Shown piece by piece: positions 1-12,773 of a stretch of DNA of 64,000 bases (position 1 is the stretch's first letter; each line of letters starts with the position of its first letter). Origin of the DNA: Malacoraja senta (Eukaryota); assembly GCA_038087875.1 (NCBI GenBank), contig CM075993.1, positions 4,342,001-4,406,000 of the forward strand, written 5' to 3'. Made by a program: the position numbers and the translations under genes. The notes below the pieces were generated by a model. It did no database searches. It worked only from the letters and a program-made list of their open reading frames with translations, and was not told the DNA's origin.

Positions 1-1532
1 CCCTTCGGCCCAACTTGCCCTGCCACGTCTATACTAGTCTGCCTGCATTTGGCCCTTGTCCCTCTAAACACACGGAGAGCAGCTGAAGGTTCTCCTCAAG
101 GGTCCAAGGCTGTGGCAGAGGCTGTGGTAGACATAAAATGCTGGAGAAACTCAGCGGGTGAGGCAGCATCTATGGAGAGAAGGAATTGTCCTGTGTGTCG
201 GTCGTGACTGGGGTGGGGGAAGAGTGATCCACAGGTGGTCCTGATCTGAGGAGCACGGGGGGGGGGGGAGGAGGAGGTGAAGTGGGGGTGCAGTTTTGAG
301 TGGTGAGGAAATCAAGAGGGGTAGGGTTCAGCGGGAAGTAGGGCGAAGACTGGAAACTGGGGCACAGGTAGAGAAACTGAGGGAGAAACTAATTAAAAAA
401 GGAATTGGGGTAAAGGATGTGAGGATGGGGAACAAAGGAAAAGCCAGAGGCCAAGACTGTCTGTCTGTCTGCAGAATGACACAAAATGCTGGAAAAACTC
501 GGCAGGTCAGGCAGATGATGGAGCACATGAATAGGTGATTTTTTTTTGTTGGATTTTTTAAATTTTAAAATAGGTGCAGGAGGAGGCCATTTGGCCCTTC
601 GAGCCAGCACCGCCATTCATTGTGATCATGGCTGATCATCCACAATCAGTACCCCGTTCCTGCCTTCTCCCCATATCCCTTGATTCCGCTAGCCCCTAGA
701 GCTCTATCTAACTCTTTTTTAAATTCATCCAGTGAATTGGCCTCTACTGCCTTCTGTGGCAGAGAATTCCACAAATTCATGACTTTTCAGGATGGGAGCC
801 ATCTTCAAGAGAGAGTTAGATTTAGCTCTTGGGGCAAAGGGAATCAAGGGATATGGGGAAAAAGCTGGAACGGGTTACTGATTTTGGATGATCATATTGA
901 ATGGCGGTGCTGTCTCGAAGGGCCGAATGGCCTACTCCTGCACCTATTTTCTATGTTTCTATGTTTCAGACTGATGTCTGTCTACACCCATGTATGTGGT
1001 CAGAGTGCATCAGTATGTGCTTGGCATGTGTGTATCCATGCAGGTGTGTGCTAAGACGGGTTGCCCATCATCTTGGAAACATAGGCGCAAAATGCTGGAG
1101 TAACTCAGCGGGACAGGCAGCATCTCTGGAGAGAAGGAATGGGTGACGTTTCGGGTCGAGACCCTTCAGGCCATCGGTCTGAAGATGGGCCTCGACCGGA
1201 AATGTCACCCATTCCTTCTCTCCAGAGATGCTGCCTGTCCCGCTGGGTCACGCCAGCATTTTGTGTCCATCTTCGATGTAAACCAGCATCTGCAGTTCCT
1301 TCCTACACACCTTGGAAACGTACATCCCTCTCCCTCCCAAGACCGCAGCGCACTCTGTGTTAAAAGGAATCGCAAAGGAGAATCTTCCACGCCACAGAAC
1401 TGGAGAGGAATCGACTGTTTGCCCTGCCATCCCCTGTACAATCTGGTCCTTGTGTGAGCAGGTGGCAGTGTGCTGTCATGGGTTAACTACTGCGTTTGTG
1501 CAGGTGTGACCACTTGGTTGTTGCACGAGGGA

Positions 1533-1563
1533 TCAATTATCTGAATTGGAAGAACTTTTGTTC
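1533..1563 (-). CDS. nrg4: Probable terminal coding exon of the nrg4-like gene (RNKSSSNSDN*)
   Basis: Acceptor aaactttaattacag in non-repetitive sequence. The phase-2 join gives a short cytoplasmic tail ending in TGA. Not confirmed by recognisable homology. Confidence 0.45.
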
Positions 1564-1736
1564 CTGTAATTAAAGTTTCTAATTATATTCATTAAATTTC
1601 TTTTATAACTGAAAGATCTAAAATAAATGCATGCAAACTGACAATTTATCGCTGCCTTTTCTCGCTGTATAAAATTGCATACTGGTGTTAACACAAGAAT
1701 ATGATTATTTCCCAAAAATAAGAAAATAGATTCACA

Positions 1737-2147
1737 GTGGATTCACTTCTCCGTGGATTGTCACCTTGTCGTGGTGGAGAAGCTTGTGTGGTCCTGAGAT
1801 CCTGAGAGCGATGCCGTCTGGAGCTATGCTCCTGGTAGGGTCACCCATGGCGGTACCCATGACAAAGAGCAATCCAACCAAGACCTCAACGGTGGAACAG
1901 GCGGAGGACGATGGCTGACCTTACAACGGCTGGGAAGGCGGTTGAAGGCTGCAGCAGAAAAGGTTCTCCGGTAGTCTTGGACTCCATGCCACTGGATCCT
2001 GACCCAGATCTGTCAAGGACCGTGGGGTGGCTGTCTGTGCACCAGTCTCCCCACGTTAAACAAAGTCACGCACAGGCGTCCTCCATATAGGGAATAGCAC
2101 CCTGGAGACACCCATGGTCAGCCATGACCGAAGGGGGCCTAAGAAGA
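1737..2147 (+). mobile_element. Short non-autonomous RTE/Expander-like retroelement
   Basis: The 5' sequence gtcaccttgtcgtggtggag...ctcctggtagggtcaccca resembles RTE/Expander 5' UTRs. It has an (AAG)n tail and a 9-bp direct repeat agattcaca at 1728-1736 and 2148-2156. Confidence 0.65.
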
Positions 2148-2808
2148 AGATTCACATACACTGATTGAATTAGTGATAAATCCCGAGGAAGGAACTGTAG
2201 ACGCTGGTTTAAATCAACAAAGAAGGGTCCTGTCCCGAAACGTCACCTATTCCTTTTCTCCAGAGATGTTGTCTGACCTGCTGGGTTACTCCAGTTTTTT
2301 GTGTCTGTCTTTCGTGATAAATCCTGCAGTTTGCAAGTGAGAAGGAATAGTTTACGTAAAGGTCGGTTGAGTTTGCTGGAGAATTTGTTCCTTTCACAGG
2401 CTGATTATTTACAGTGGGAACTAGGCTGTGCAATAGGAAGTCTGGATTTTATCAACAGAGTATATATAAGCAGGGAAGTCGTGCTTTGTAGAGCATTAGC
2501 TCAGAATCAACTGCGATATTGTTTAATCCTGATGGCCATTTTATAGGCAAGATGTAAAGACGTTAAAGAGGGACAGAAATGATTTACAAAAGAAAGGACT
2601 AGACTTCGATTTGATGGACATTTATCACATGCTGAAAGATGTGGATGTAGTGGATAATGGGAGGCTTGAACTAAACACAGAGCTGAGGAAATCAGTGGGT
2701 CAGGCAGCTGCGGTGGAGAGCGTGGACCGGACATGCCTTTTCGGGTCTAGACACAAAATGCTGGGGTAACTCAGCGGGGACAGGCAGCATCTCTGGAGAG
2801 AAGGAATG

Positions 2809-2842
2809 GGTGACGTTTCGGGTCGAGACCCTTCTTCAGACC
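2809..2842 (-). ncRNA. Minimal hammerhead ribozyme motif (sense to the nrg4-like transcript)
   Basis: Reverse complement reads ggt-CTGAAGAAGGGTCTCGACCCGAAACGTC-acc, with a 3-bp helix I. Confidence 0.65.
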
Positions 2843-3889
2843 CTGAAACATCACCCATTCCTTCTCTCCAGAGTTGCTGCCTGTCCCGCTGAGTCTCTCC
2901 AGCATCTTTGGTTTAAACCAGCATCTGCAGTTCCTTCCTACACCTTTTCGGGTCTGGACCCTTCTTCAGACTGATTGGTGTCGGGGGAGATGGGGGGAGG
3001 GGGTGAGAAAGAGGTGGAGGAAGCTGGAAAAGAGAGGGTGGTTGGGATAAAGCCCGGCAAGTGATAGGTGGATACAGATGCGGGAGGGGTTTGTAGAAAC
3101 AAGAAACTCCCGATGCTAGTTTGCAATCGGACTCCCTTTTGTCTCCTTTAAGTTAGATTTTGCTCTTTGGGAATCAAGGGATATGGGGAGAAAGTAGGTA
3201 TGGGGTACTGATTTTGGATGATCATATTGAATGGCGGTGCTGGCTCGATGGGCCGAATGGCCCACTCCCGCACCTATTTTCTATGTTTTCAAGTCTAGCC
3301 ATTGTCACTTACTCCACATATCTAACCAAGAATACATGGAGTGGCGGAGTAGCTCAGCGACATCCCAGGACAACGTTGTATAGGGAACGTTTCAGCTCGG
3401 GACCCTTCTCAGTCTGAAGAAGGCCCGCAACCCACAACGTCGCCTATCCATGTTCTCCTCAGATGCTGCCTGACCAGCTGCGTAACTCCAGCACCCGGTG
3501 TCTTCTTTTGTAAACATGCATAGTTATAGAGATACAGCAGGGAAACAAGTCTGAAGGATCTACTGGATCCCACGACAGAAAGCAAAGAACAAACGACACT
3601 TAGCTGAGCCAGACAACCTTGTGTCACGTTTATTCCAGAAGCCCCTTTTACCCACATTCTCACCGATCATAACCCGGGTGTAGTATTGCGTACAGTTTTG
3701 GTCACCAAATCTGAGGAAAGAAATTCTTGCCATAGAGGGAGTACAGAGAAGGTTCACCAGACTGATTCCTGGGATGTCAGGACTTTCATATGAAGAAAGA
3801 CTGGATAGACTCGGCTTGTACTCGCTAGAATTTAGAAGATTGAGGGGGGGATCTTATAGAAACTTACAAGATTCTGTTAGGGGTTGGAC

Positions 3890-4089
3890 NNNNNNNNNNN
3901 NNNNNNNNNNNNNNNNNNNNNNNNNNNNNNNNNNNNNNNNNNNNNNNNNNNNNNNNNNNNNNNNNNNNNNNNNNNNNNNNNNNNNNNNNNNNNNNNNNNN
4001 NNNNNNNNNNNNNNNNNNNNNNNNNNNNNNNNNNNNNNNNNNNNNNNNNNNNNNNNNNNNNNNNNNNNNNNNNNNNNNNNNNNNNNNNN
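3890..4089. other. Assembly gap (200 N)
   Basis: N run adjoining a CR1 fragment. Confidence 1.
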
Positions 4090-6817
4090 CTACGAAACTG
4101 CACGTCTTTGGATGTGGGAGGAAATCAGAGCGCCCGAAGGAAGCCCCCGCCGTCGCAGGAAGAACGTGCAAACTCCACAAAGTCAGCATTGAATCTGTGT
4201 CGCTGGCCAGTGAGGCAGCAGCTCTACAACCTGTGGCACTGTAATGGAGAATCTAGAACTGCCCACGATTGTCCAAAGTATTGGGAGCTTGCTGTGTACA
4301 ACCTGGATGTACTGCTCCCTATATTACAACAGTGATTACACCATAGAGTTATACAGCGTGGAAAAGGCCCTTCAGCCCAACTTGCCCATGCTGACCAACA
4401 TGCCCCATCTTCCTGGGTTTGATATCCTTCTGAACCTCTCCGATTCATGTACCTGTCTAAATGTTTCTTAAATGCTGCAGGAGTACCTGCCTCAACCACC
4501 TCCTCTGACAGCTCGTTCCATACACCCGCCACCCTTTGTGTAAAAATGTTACCCCTCAGGTTCCTATTAAATCTTTCGCCCCTCACCTTAAACCCATGTC
4601 CTCTCATTCTCCATTCCTCTGGGCGAAAGACACTGTGCGTTTGCCTCAGCTATTCCTCTCATGATTTTGTCTACCTCTATAAGATCATCCTTCATCCTCC
4701 TGCGCTCCGAGGAATAAAGTCGCAGTCTGCTCAACCGCAAGCCCTCGAGTCTTGGCAACATCCTCGTAAATCAACATCACTGCGTATTATTTTGATAAGC
4801 CAGCCTTTATCTGGAGATCTTGAAAGACATTAGGAATGTACACCCTGTCACACACCCAGATAAACAGATTATGAAGGGCAAAATACCAGCCAAAGTTGTA
4901 ATTTTTGTCCAGTGATCTAGCAAAATATGTCTGCACCATATCTGCATGATCTAACATGGACTATTGCAGCTACATGTGGAGGTGGACGAGAGTTGGGAAC
5001 ACCTTTATCACCACAGCAAATGTTTCTTGCCTTTGGAAGACTTGGTAGAGCATTAAAGATCAAGGCAGATCATTTTGCCTCATTTCTTGCATTTCCTTGA
5101 TTTAGACTGAGGCCATGTCACCGGAGCAGAATTAGACCATTCGGCCCATCGAGTCTACTCCGCCATTCAAACATGGCTGATCTACCTTTCCACACTCAAC
5201 CCCATTCTCCTGCTTTCTCCCCATAACCTTTGACGCCCTTACTAATCAAGAACCTGTCAAACTCCGCTTGTAAAAATACCCACTGACTTGGACTTCACAG
5301 CCATCTGTGGCAATGAATTCCACCACCCTCTGACTAAAGAAATTCCTCCTCGTCTCCTTTCCAAAGGTGTGGGAAGGAACTGCAGATGCTGGTTTACACC
5401 GAAGATAGACACCAAAAGGCTGGAATAACTCAGTGGGACAGGCAGCATGTCTGGAGAGAAGGAATGGGGTGATGTTTCGGGTCGAGACCCTTCTTCAGAC
5501 TGATTGTAGTAAGGAGTATACCAAAGATAGTGCCATTCACAGACAAAATACAAACTGCTGGAGGGTCTGAATCAGTCTAACGAAGGGGGCAGACTCCTTT
5601 AGACTCCTTTCAAAAGGTACGTCCTTTTACACTGAGGCTGTGCCCTCTGGTCCTAGACTCTCCCCTCATTCACTCTATCCAGGCCTTTCCCTATTTGGTA
5701 AGTGCGAATGAGATCCACCCCAGTTCTTCACACCAGTGAGTACAGGTCCAGAGCTGTTAGACGCTCATTATGTGTTCCACTGAGTTTATGCCAGCTCTCA
5801 GAATAGTCTTATTAATCCCCCACATACACCCGCCTTATTTCTGAAGAAGGTCTCGATCCAAAACGTCACCTATTCACGTTCTGCCGAGTTGCTGCCTGAC
5901 CTGCTGAGTCACTCCAGCACTTTGTGGCTTTTTCTGTAAACCAGCATCTGCAGTTCTGTGTTCCTACATCCATCTGCCTATTTCTTGATGTCTCTTCTCT
6001 CACACGTTCCCGTTAGACAATAGACAATAGGTGCAGGAGGAGGCCATTCGGCCCTTCGAGCCAGCACCGCCGTTCAATATGATCATGGCTGATCATCCCC
6101 AATCAGTACCCCGTTCCTGCCTTCTCCCCATATCCCCTGACTCTGCTATTTTTAAGAGCCCTATCTAGCTCTCTCTTGAAAGCATCCAGAGAACCTGCCT
6201 CTACCGCCCTCTGAGGCAGAGAATTCCACAGATCCGATTCCTTTAACCCGATTTCTCCACCAGACACCTACTCCAATTTAGCAGCCAGTTAACATGCCAA
6301 CATGTCTTATGAATGTAAGGGGTCCTGGCCAGCACCTGGGCAGGTACATAGATAGGAAAGGTTTAGAGGGATATGGGCCAAACACAGGCAAATGGGACTA
6401 GCTTAGATGGGGCATCTTGGATGGTATGGATGAGTTAAGCTGAAGTGCCTGTTTCCATGTTGTATGACTGAGGCTGACAGATTCTTGATTTGAACGGGTG
6501 TCGGGTTATGTGGAGGAGGCAGGAGAATGGGATTTGGAGGCAGTGACCAGCCATGGTTGAATGGCGGAGTAGACTTGAAGGGCAGAATGGCTTAATTCTG
6601 CTCCTTGAACTTTTGATCTCTATGACGTGGTCCTACAGAAAACACTGCACGTAGACAACACACAGATCGTTGGACATGAGAGAAAGCTGCACTACCTGCT
6701 GCACCACTTGCAAGCAGGACAACGTCGTTCCTCTTTCCCCTCCTCCCCAACCCTCTCCCTGGCTTGTCCTTCCCCCTGGAGAAGTCAGATGGCCAGCTGT
6801 AATTCATGTGGGCTCAC

Positions 6818-6973
6818 CGGCAATAGCAGTAGGTTCGTCCCGTGATCACAAGTAACACGATGAGCAGGGTCACCACAATGAGAATGACCAGCAACGAGCT
6901 GACGGTCCTCTCCGGCTGCTGGCTGGGCAGCAAGAACTCCTGGCATCGGTTGCCTTTGAAGCTGTTGTTACAC
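6818..6973 (-). CDS. nrg4: Neuregulin-4-like gene, EGF C-terminal half, stalk and transmembrane exon (CNNSFKGNRCQEFLLPSQQPERTVSSLLVILIVVTLLIVLLVITGRTYCYCR)
   Basis: 156-nt exon with acceptor cctcttatctcatacag and donor gtgagc, in frame with the previous exon. It has the GxRC motif of ErbB ligands followed by a hydrophobic run of about 20 residues. Confidence 0.9.
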
Positions 6974-8206
6974 CTGTATGAGATAAGAGGGTCACCTGGT
7001 CACACAACAGGGAAATCGGGCGCGGATAGCTGGCAATAGTTGGAAATATCCCACACAGTAAGCTTCGCACATTCACGTCTCTGCAATTTGATCCCACCAT
7101 TCAATATACTCCTACCAAGAGAAAGGTAGGAGGAAAAAGATTCCATCAGAGTGCTGCAACCCTCTTTAATTTTAGAGATACACAGTGGAAACAGGCCCTT
7201 CGGCCCACCGAGTCCATACTGTCCTTTGATATATTATCCCACTTTCGCATCCACTCCCTACCTACACGAGGAAATTTGCAAAGCCAACTAACGCACAAAC
7301 CTGCACGTCTTTGGAGTGTGGGAGGAAACTGGAGCACCCGGAGGAAACCCACGCAGTCACAGGGAGAACGGGCAAACTCCACACAGACAGCACCCTCTCT
7401 TAAGGTCATAAGTAATAGGAGTAAAATTAGGCCATTAGGCCCATCAAGTCTACACCATTCAATCATGGCTGATCTATCTCCCTCCTAACCCCATTCTCCT
7501 GCCTTCTCCCCATAACCTCTGACACCTGTACTAATCAAGAATCTATCACTGCCTTAAAAATATCCACTGACTTGCCACAATACACTTGTACACTCTGGAG
7601 TTTAGAAGGATGAGAGGGATTCTCATTGAAACATATAAGATTGTTAAGGGTTTGGACACGCTAGAGGCAGGAAACATGTTCCCGATGTTGGGGGAGTCCA
7701 GAACCAGGGGCCACAGTTTAAGAATAAGGGGTAAGCCATTTAGACCGGAGACGAGGAAACACTTTTTCTCACAGAGAGTGGTGAGTCTGTGGAATTCTCT
7801 GCCTCAGAGGCCTTCAGCGAGTACAGGCCCCGTTCCTGCCTTCTCCTATTATCCCCTGACTCCGCTATTTTTAAGAGCCCTATCTAGCTCTCTCTTGAAA
7901 GCATCCAGAGAACCTGCCTCCACCGCCCTCTGAGGCAGAGTGAAGGAATATGTGAAGGAAGGAACTGCAGATGCTGGTTTACACTGAAGATTAGACACAA
8001 AATGCTGGGGTGCTCAATACTTGCAGTACTCAAGAACCTATCGTCAATACATTGTGTGTGTCACTGGCTCTTCCATTCTCTGTATCTGAAGCAGTCAATA
8101 GGATGAGATGGTGGGAGAGGATTTCATGGAGCATAAATAGCTGCCAGCACCAGCTGGGGTGTTACTACCACCAGTAACAATGTTGAAAATGCTATGCGTT
8201 TAATGG

Positions 8207-8733
8207 GTGGCACGGTGGCGCAGCGGTAGAGTTGCTGCCCTACAGCGAATGCAGCGCCGGAGACCCGGGTTCGATCCCGACTACGGGCACTGTCTGTACG
8301 GAGTTTGTACGTCCTCCCCGTGACCTGCGTGGGTTTTCTCCGAGATCTTCGGTTTCCTCCCACACTCCGAAGACGTACAGGTTTGTAGGTTAATTGGCTT
8401 TGGTGTAAATGTAAAAATTGTCACCGGTGGGTACAGGATAGTGTTAGTGTGCAGGGATCGCTGGTCGGCGCGGACCCGGTGAGTCCGCACCGACCAGCGA
8501 TCCCCGCACATTAACATTAACACTACCCTACACACACTGGGGAACAATTTTTACATTTATACCAATCCAATGAACCTACAAACCTGGAGTGTGGGAGTAA
8601 ACCGAAGATCTCGGAGAAAACCCACGGGGAGAACGTACAAACACCGTACAGACAGCACCCGTGGTCGGGATCGAACCCGGTCTCTGGCGCTGTATGCAGT
8701 AGCTCTACCGTTGCACCACCATGCCGCTGCCCT
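8207..8733. mobile_element. Two HE1-like SINEs fused tail-to-tail (+ 8207-8480, - 8481-8733)
   Basis: Both have A/B boxes. Sequence symmetry is centred near 8480. Confidence 0.85.
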
Positions 8734-8757
8734 TGGTTCGTTAAGACTGTGACTTAC

Positions 8758-8845
8758 CAGCAGAATGGAGTGGATATTAGGATGTAGCAGGTGCCTCCAT
8801 TAAAGCAGTAGGAATCGTAGCTATCTGGACAGAGTTCTCCATGTG
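8758..8845 (-). CDS. nrg4: Neuregulin-4-like gene, EGF-domain exon (AHGELCPDSYDSYCFNGGTCYILISTPFCW)
   Basis: 88-nt exon with acceptor tttctgaattctcatag and donor gtaagt. It encodes the first four EGF cysteines in the phase 1/phase 2 pattern typical of ErbB ligands. Confidence 0.9.
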
Positions 8846-9602
8846 CTATGAGAATTCAGAAAGAAGATCCAAAATTAGGGATTGGCATACAAACCGTTCC
8901 AAATACGAACTATGTCACAAAGTACGTATTTTAGCTTTGGTTTGCACTGGCATTGCATGTATTTCTAGTGCTTCTGCTTTGTAAGTGTGGCACAGAGACA
9001 CAGCTTGTAGAGCTGCTGCCTCACAGCTCCAGTAACCCAGGTTCGGTGCTGTCTGTGTGGAGTTTGCACGTTCCCCCTGTGACCGCCTCAGTTTTCTCAG
9101 GTTTGCTCTGGTTTCCTCCCACATCCCAAAAACGTGCGACTCTTGGGTTAATCGGTATCTGTAGATTGCCCCCCCCCCTCCAACCCTTCCCCCCCCTCCA
9201 ACCCCCCCTGCCACCCCCCTGCCCCCCCCCCTCCAACCCCCCCTCCACCCCCACCGAGAGTTGGTGTGAATGTGGGGAGAATAAAATGTGTTTTCTGTCA
9301 GATTTTTGTCAAAACGGGTACTTGATGGGCAACTTTCTCACACACAGGGTGGTGGGTATTTGTGGAGGAATGGACAGGTGGCGTTCTGTGTTGTGACCTT
9401 TTTGTCAGTCTGACCCAAAACCTTGCCTGTCCATTCCCTCCACAGATGCTGCCTGACCCACAGAGTTCCTCCAGCACTTTGTTTTAAGGAAGGTGAAGTT
9501 TGGCCATGGGTGCATTTGGTCATGTCTTTATCCAACCGTGCTCAAGGCAATCATGGATGAGTAAGAAGTATCAGCAGATGCTGGTTTAAACCGTAGATAA
9601 AC

Positions 9603-9922
9603 CACAAACTCTTTGAATCACTTCCCTCTGGAAGGCGACTCCGGACTGTCAAAGCTGCCACAGCCAGACATAAAAACAGTTTTTATCCACGAGTAGTTGC
9701 TCTACTCAACAGCCAAAAATCTGTAGCCTCCCTTTGATCTGGTATTTTGTTGGTTCACATGCTTGATCAATGGTGTTTTATCATTAATGTCTTATTATTA
9801 TTAATGTTTAGTGTTTTCTGTGTCATTCGTAACTGTCACTGTATGTCATGTTATTACTTGTGGGCGGAGCACCAAGGCAAATTCCTTGTATGTGAATACT
9901 TGGCCAATAAACTTACTTACTT
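9603..9922 (+). mobile_element. Rex1/Babar-like LINE 3' fragment
   Basis: Translation HKLFESLPSGRRLRTVKAATARHKNSFYPRVVALLN (LPSGRR...NSF.P motif), then AATAAA and an (actt)n tail. Confidence 0.8.
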
Positions 9923-11164
9923 AGATGGACACAAAAAGCTGGAGTAACTCAGCGGGACAGGCAGCATCTCTGGAGAAAAGGAATAGGCAACTTTCCGGGC
10001 CGAGACCATTCTTCAGACTGAGAGTCAGGGGAAAGGGAATCGAGAGATATAGACGGTGATACAGAGAGATATAGAACAAATGAATGAAAGATATGCAAAA
10101 AAGTAACGCTGATCAAGGAAAGGGGCCATTGTTAGCTGTGGGCTAGGTGAAAACGAGTTACAGACAATGAGACAAATATGAAATATTTTGTCAATCAAAT
10201 ATGAGAAATATATCAAATATGAACTCCTTCCTGATACTGGGCTGAGCTTCTCAGATCTGTTTCCCTGAGTGGAGGTGTGTGGTGACTCGGAATTGGGAAC
10301 TGCTTACACACTGAAGTTATTTGTGGTAGTTATCGGATTGCCAAAGAGCCCAGTCGAGACATGCTGGAAATGGTTAGAGAGTAATGGAGTGTTATCGTAA
10401 GTGGGTGACGCAGATCATGTTGCTCACATAAGGCACCAAGTGATGGAGTAACTCGGCTGGTCAGGCAGCATCTCTGGAGAACATGGCTAGGTGATATTTT
10501 GGGTCGGGACCCTTCTACAGACTGATTGCAGGGGTGGTGGGGGAAGGAAAGACAGTTCAAAGAGTGCAGGGGCAGGACAAAGCGTGGCAGGTCACAGGTG
10601 AAAACAGATGGTGGGGGGGGGGTGTTTGATGCCTGGGCAAGGGTCAGAGATGAACGCGGGGAGCACGGTGGCGCAGCGGTAGAGTTGCTGCCTTACAGCG
10701 CCAGAGCTGCAGGTTCCATCCCGACTACGGGTGCTGTCTGCACGGAGTTTGTACGTTCTCCCCGTGACCCGCGTGGGTTTTTGTGCGCGTTCTTCGGTTT
10801 TCTCCCGCACTCCAAAGACGTACAGGTTTGTAGGTCAATCAGCTTGGGTTTGCATACTGGTAGAAGTGTAAGTTGTCCCTAGTGTGTGTAGGCTTGTGTT
10901 CATGTGTAAACCGGAGATAGACACAAATTGCTGGAGTAACTCAGCGGGTTGCTCAACTCAGCAACAGAGAAAGCTTTTCATTGTGTTCAAGAAGGAACAG
11001 CAGATGCTGGAAAGTCGAAGGTACACAAAAATGCTGGAGAAACTCAGCGGGTGCAGCGGCATCTATGGAGCGAAGGAAACAGGCAACGTTTCGGGCCGAA
11101 ACCCTTCTTCAGACTCTCATTGTCTTTTCATTGTGCTTGTAACGGAGCACTAGACTGTGACACA

Positions 11165-11689
11165 TAGGGTCGCCAACGTTCCCACTCCCAAATAAGGGAC
11201 AAAAGGTCAATATAAGGGACAAATTCCAGACGGCAATTCGTTGACCGACTCGCCCGTGGCTGGCTGGGTGAATGATGAGTTGGCCCCGGGTGCTGGACTG
11301 CACACAAAACCCAGCCGGCGGGCCAGCTGAGGAGTTTTGGCCCGGGCCAAAGTCCAGCGCCCCATCCAACTCGTGAACCGATGATCGGCCATGAGAAGGA
11401 GGGGTTGATGGTGGTGTGGGCGGTAAGCGAAGGTCCGAATGTCGGACAGCTGGCCGGGCTGCCGACCGACCGACGGGGCCACGGGCGAGGCGCTGCTGCT
11501 GCTGCACTCCATGGGCTGCACTACGTCGGGACGGGTGAGGCGGGGACGGACTCGGCGCTCCGACCCGACGGTCCCCTCGACCCGAGTAGTAGCAGTCAAA
11601 TACGGGACAAGGGCGGTCTCATATAGGACAAACCAATTCAGCCCAATATACGGGATGTCCCAGCTAATACAGGACAATTGACAACCCGA
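11165..11689. mobile_element. Non-autonomous hAT (Blackjack-like) DNA transposon
   Basis: Imperfect TIRs tagggtcgccaa / ttgacaacccga, subterminal gggaca repeats, and an 8-bp TSD gtgacaca/gtgacacg (11157-11164, 11690-11697). Confidence 0.8.
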
Positions 11690-12467
11690 GTGACACGTGA
11701 CAATAAGCGAACTAAACGGAATTGATACTGGGTAGGAAAGAACTGCAGATGCTGGTTTAATCTGAAGATAGACACAAAATGCTGGAGTAACTCAGTGGGA
11801 CAGGCAGCACCTCTGGAGAAAAGGAATGGATGACGTTTCGGGTCGTGCCCTCACTTGGTGGCCTTCTGCGCTATCTCCAGACAATGGAGGAGGCCCACGA
11901 CGGAAAAGTCAGTACGGGAATGGGGAGGGGGATCAGCAAACCGGGAGATCAGATGGACCTTGACGGATGGAGCGCAGGTGTTGCTGAACTACATCGAGAA
12001 TATCAGATGTCGAAACGTATCAGACAGAATCATCACGGCATCGTATGTATGATCAGCTTCAGAAAGATACGACGCTGAAGAATCTCCTGAATCCCACGAC
12101 AGAAAGCAAAGAACAAACGACACTTAGCTGAGCCAGACACCTTGTGTCACGTTTATTCCAGAAGCCGCTTTTACCTACATTCTCACCGATCATAACCCGT
12201 GTGTAGTTAAGGCCAATTAGTGCGTCTGACCTCGGAGTTGTTATTGAGCTCTTGTGGCTGGACCTTCTCGTCAGCGGAGACAGGCTGTATGCAAAACCAA
12301 CGTGGGTGTGAAGGCGCCACAATGCTACTGGCAACAACAACTCATTGGAGGGAACCACCATGTTGTCTATTTCGGTGCTGCAGGTTTAGCCTTCAAGAGG
12401 GAACTGGACTAATTCTCTGCTGGCGCGGAAACAGGCCTTTCGGCCCACCTTTCGACCCACTCATTAA

Positions 12468-12773
12468 AGGGCCTGTCCCACTGTACGAGGTAATTCAAGA
12501 GTTCTCCCGAGTTCCCCTGATTCGAACTCGGAGAATTACGGTAATAGCCGTTCGTAGGTACTCGGGGCTCTCGTGGACATTTTTCACAGAGCTGAAAAAA
12601 CTTCACGAGTTACCGCGTTTCCCGAGTACCTGCCGTTAGCGTTACGAGCCGCTACGGGACATCCACGAGCTCCGACGTAGCCGCTACGTACATTCTATGT
12701 ACTTACCACGAGTTTGATTTTTTTTTAAACTCGGGAGAGCTCTTGAATTACCTCGTACAGTGGGACAGCCCCT
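12468..12773. mobile_element. PIF/Harbinger-like MITE inserted in an HE1 SINE
   Basis: TIRs of about 50 bp starting agggcctgtcccactgtacgagg; TAA TSD on both sides. Confidence 0.8.

Noticed and set aside
5080..5095. Alternative terminal exon RKCKK* for the nrg4-like gene
   Set aside because: The frame fits but the acceptor (ctaaatcaag) lacks a polypyrimidine tract. Less likely than 1533-1563, though not excluded.
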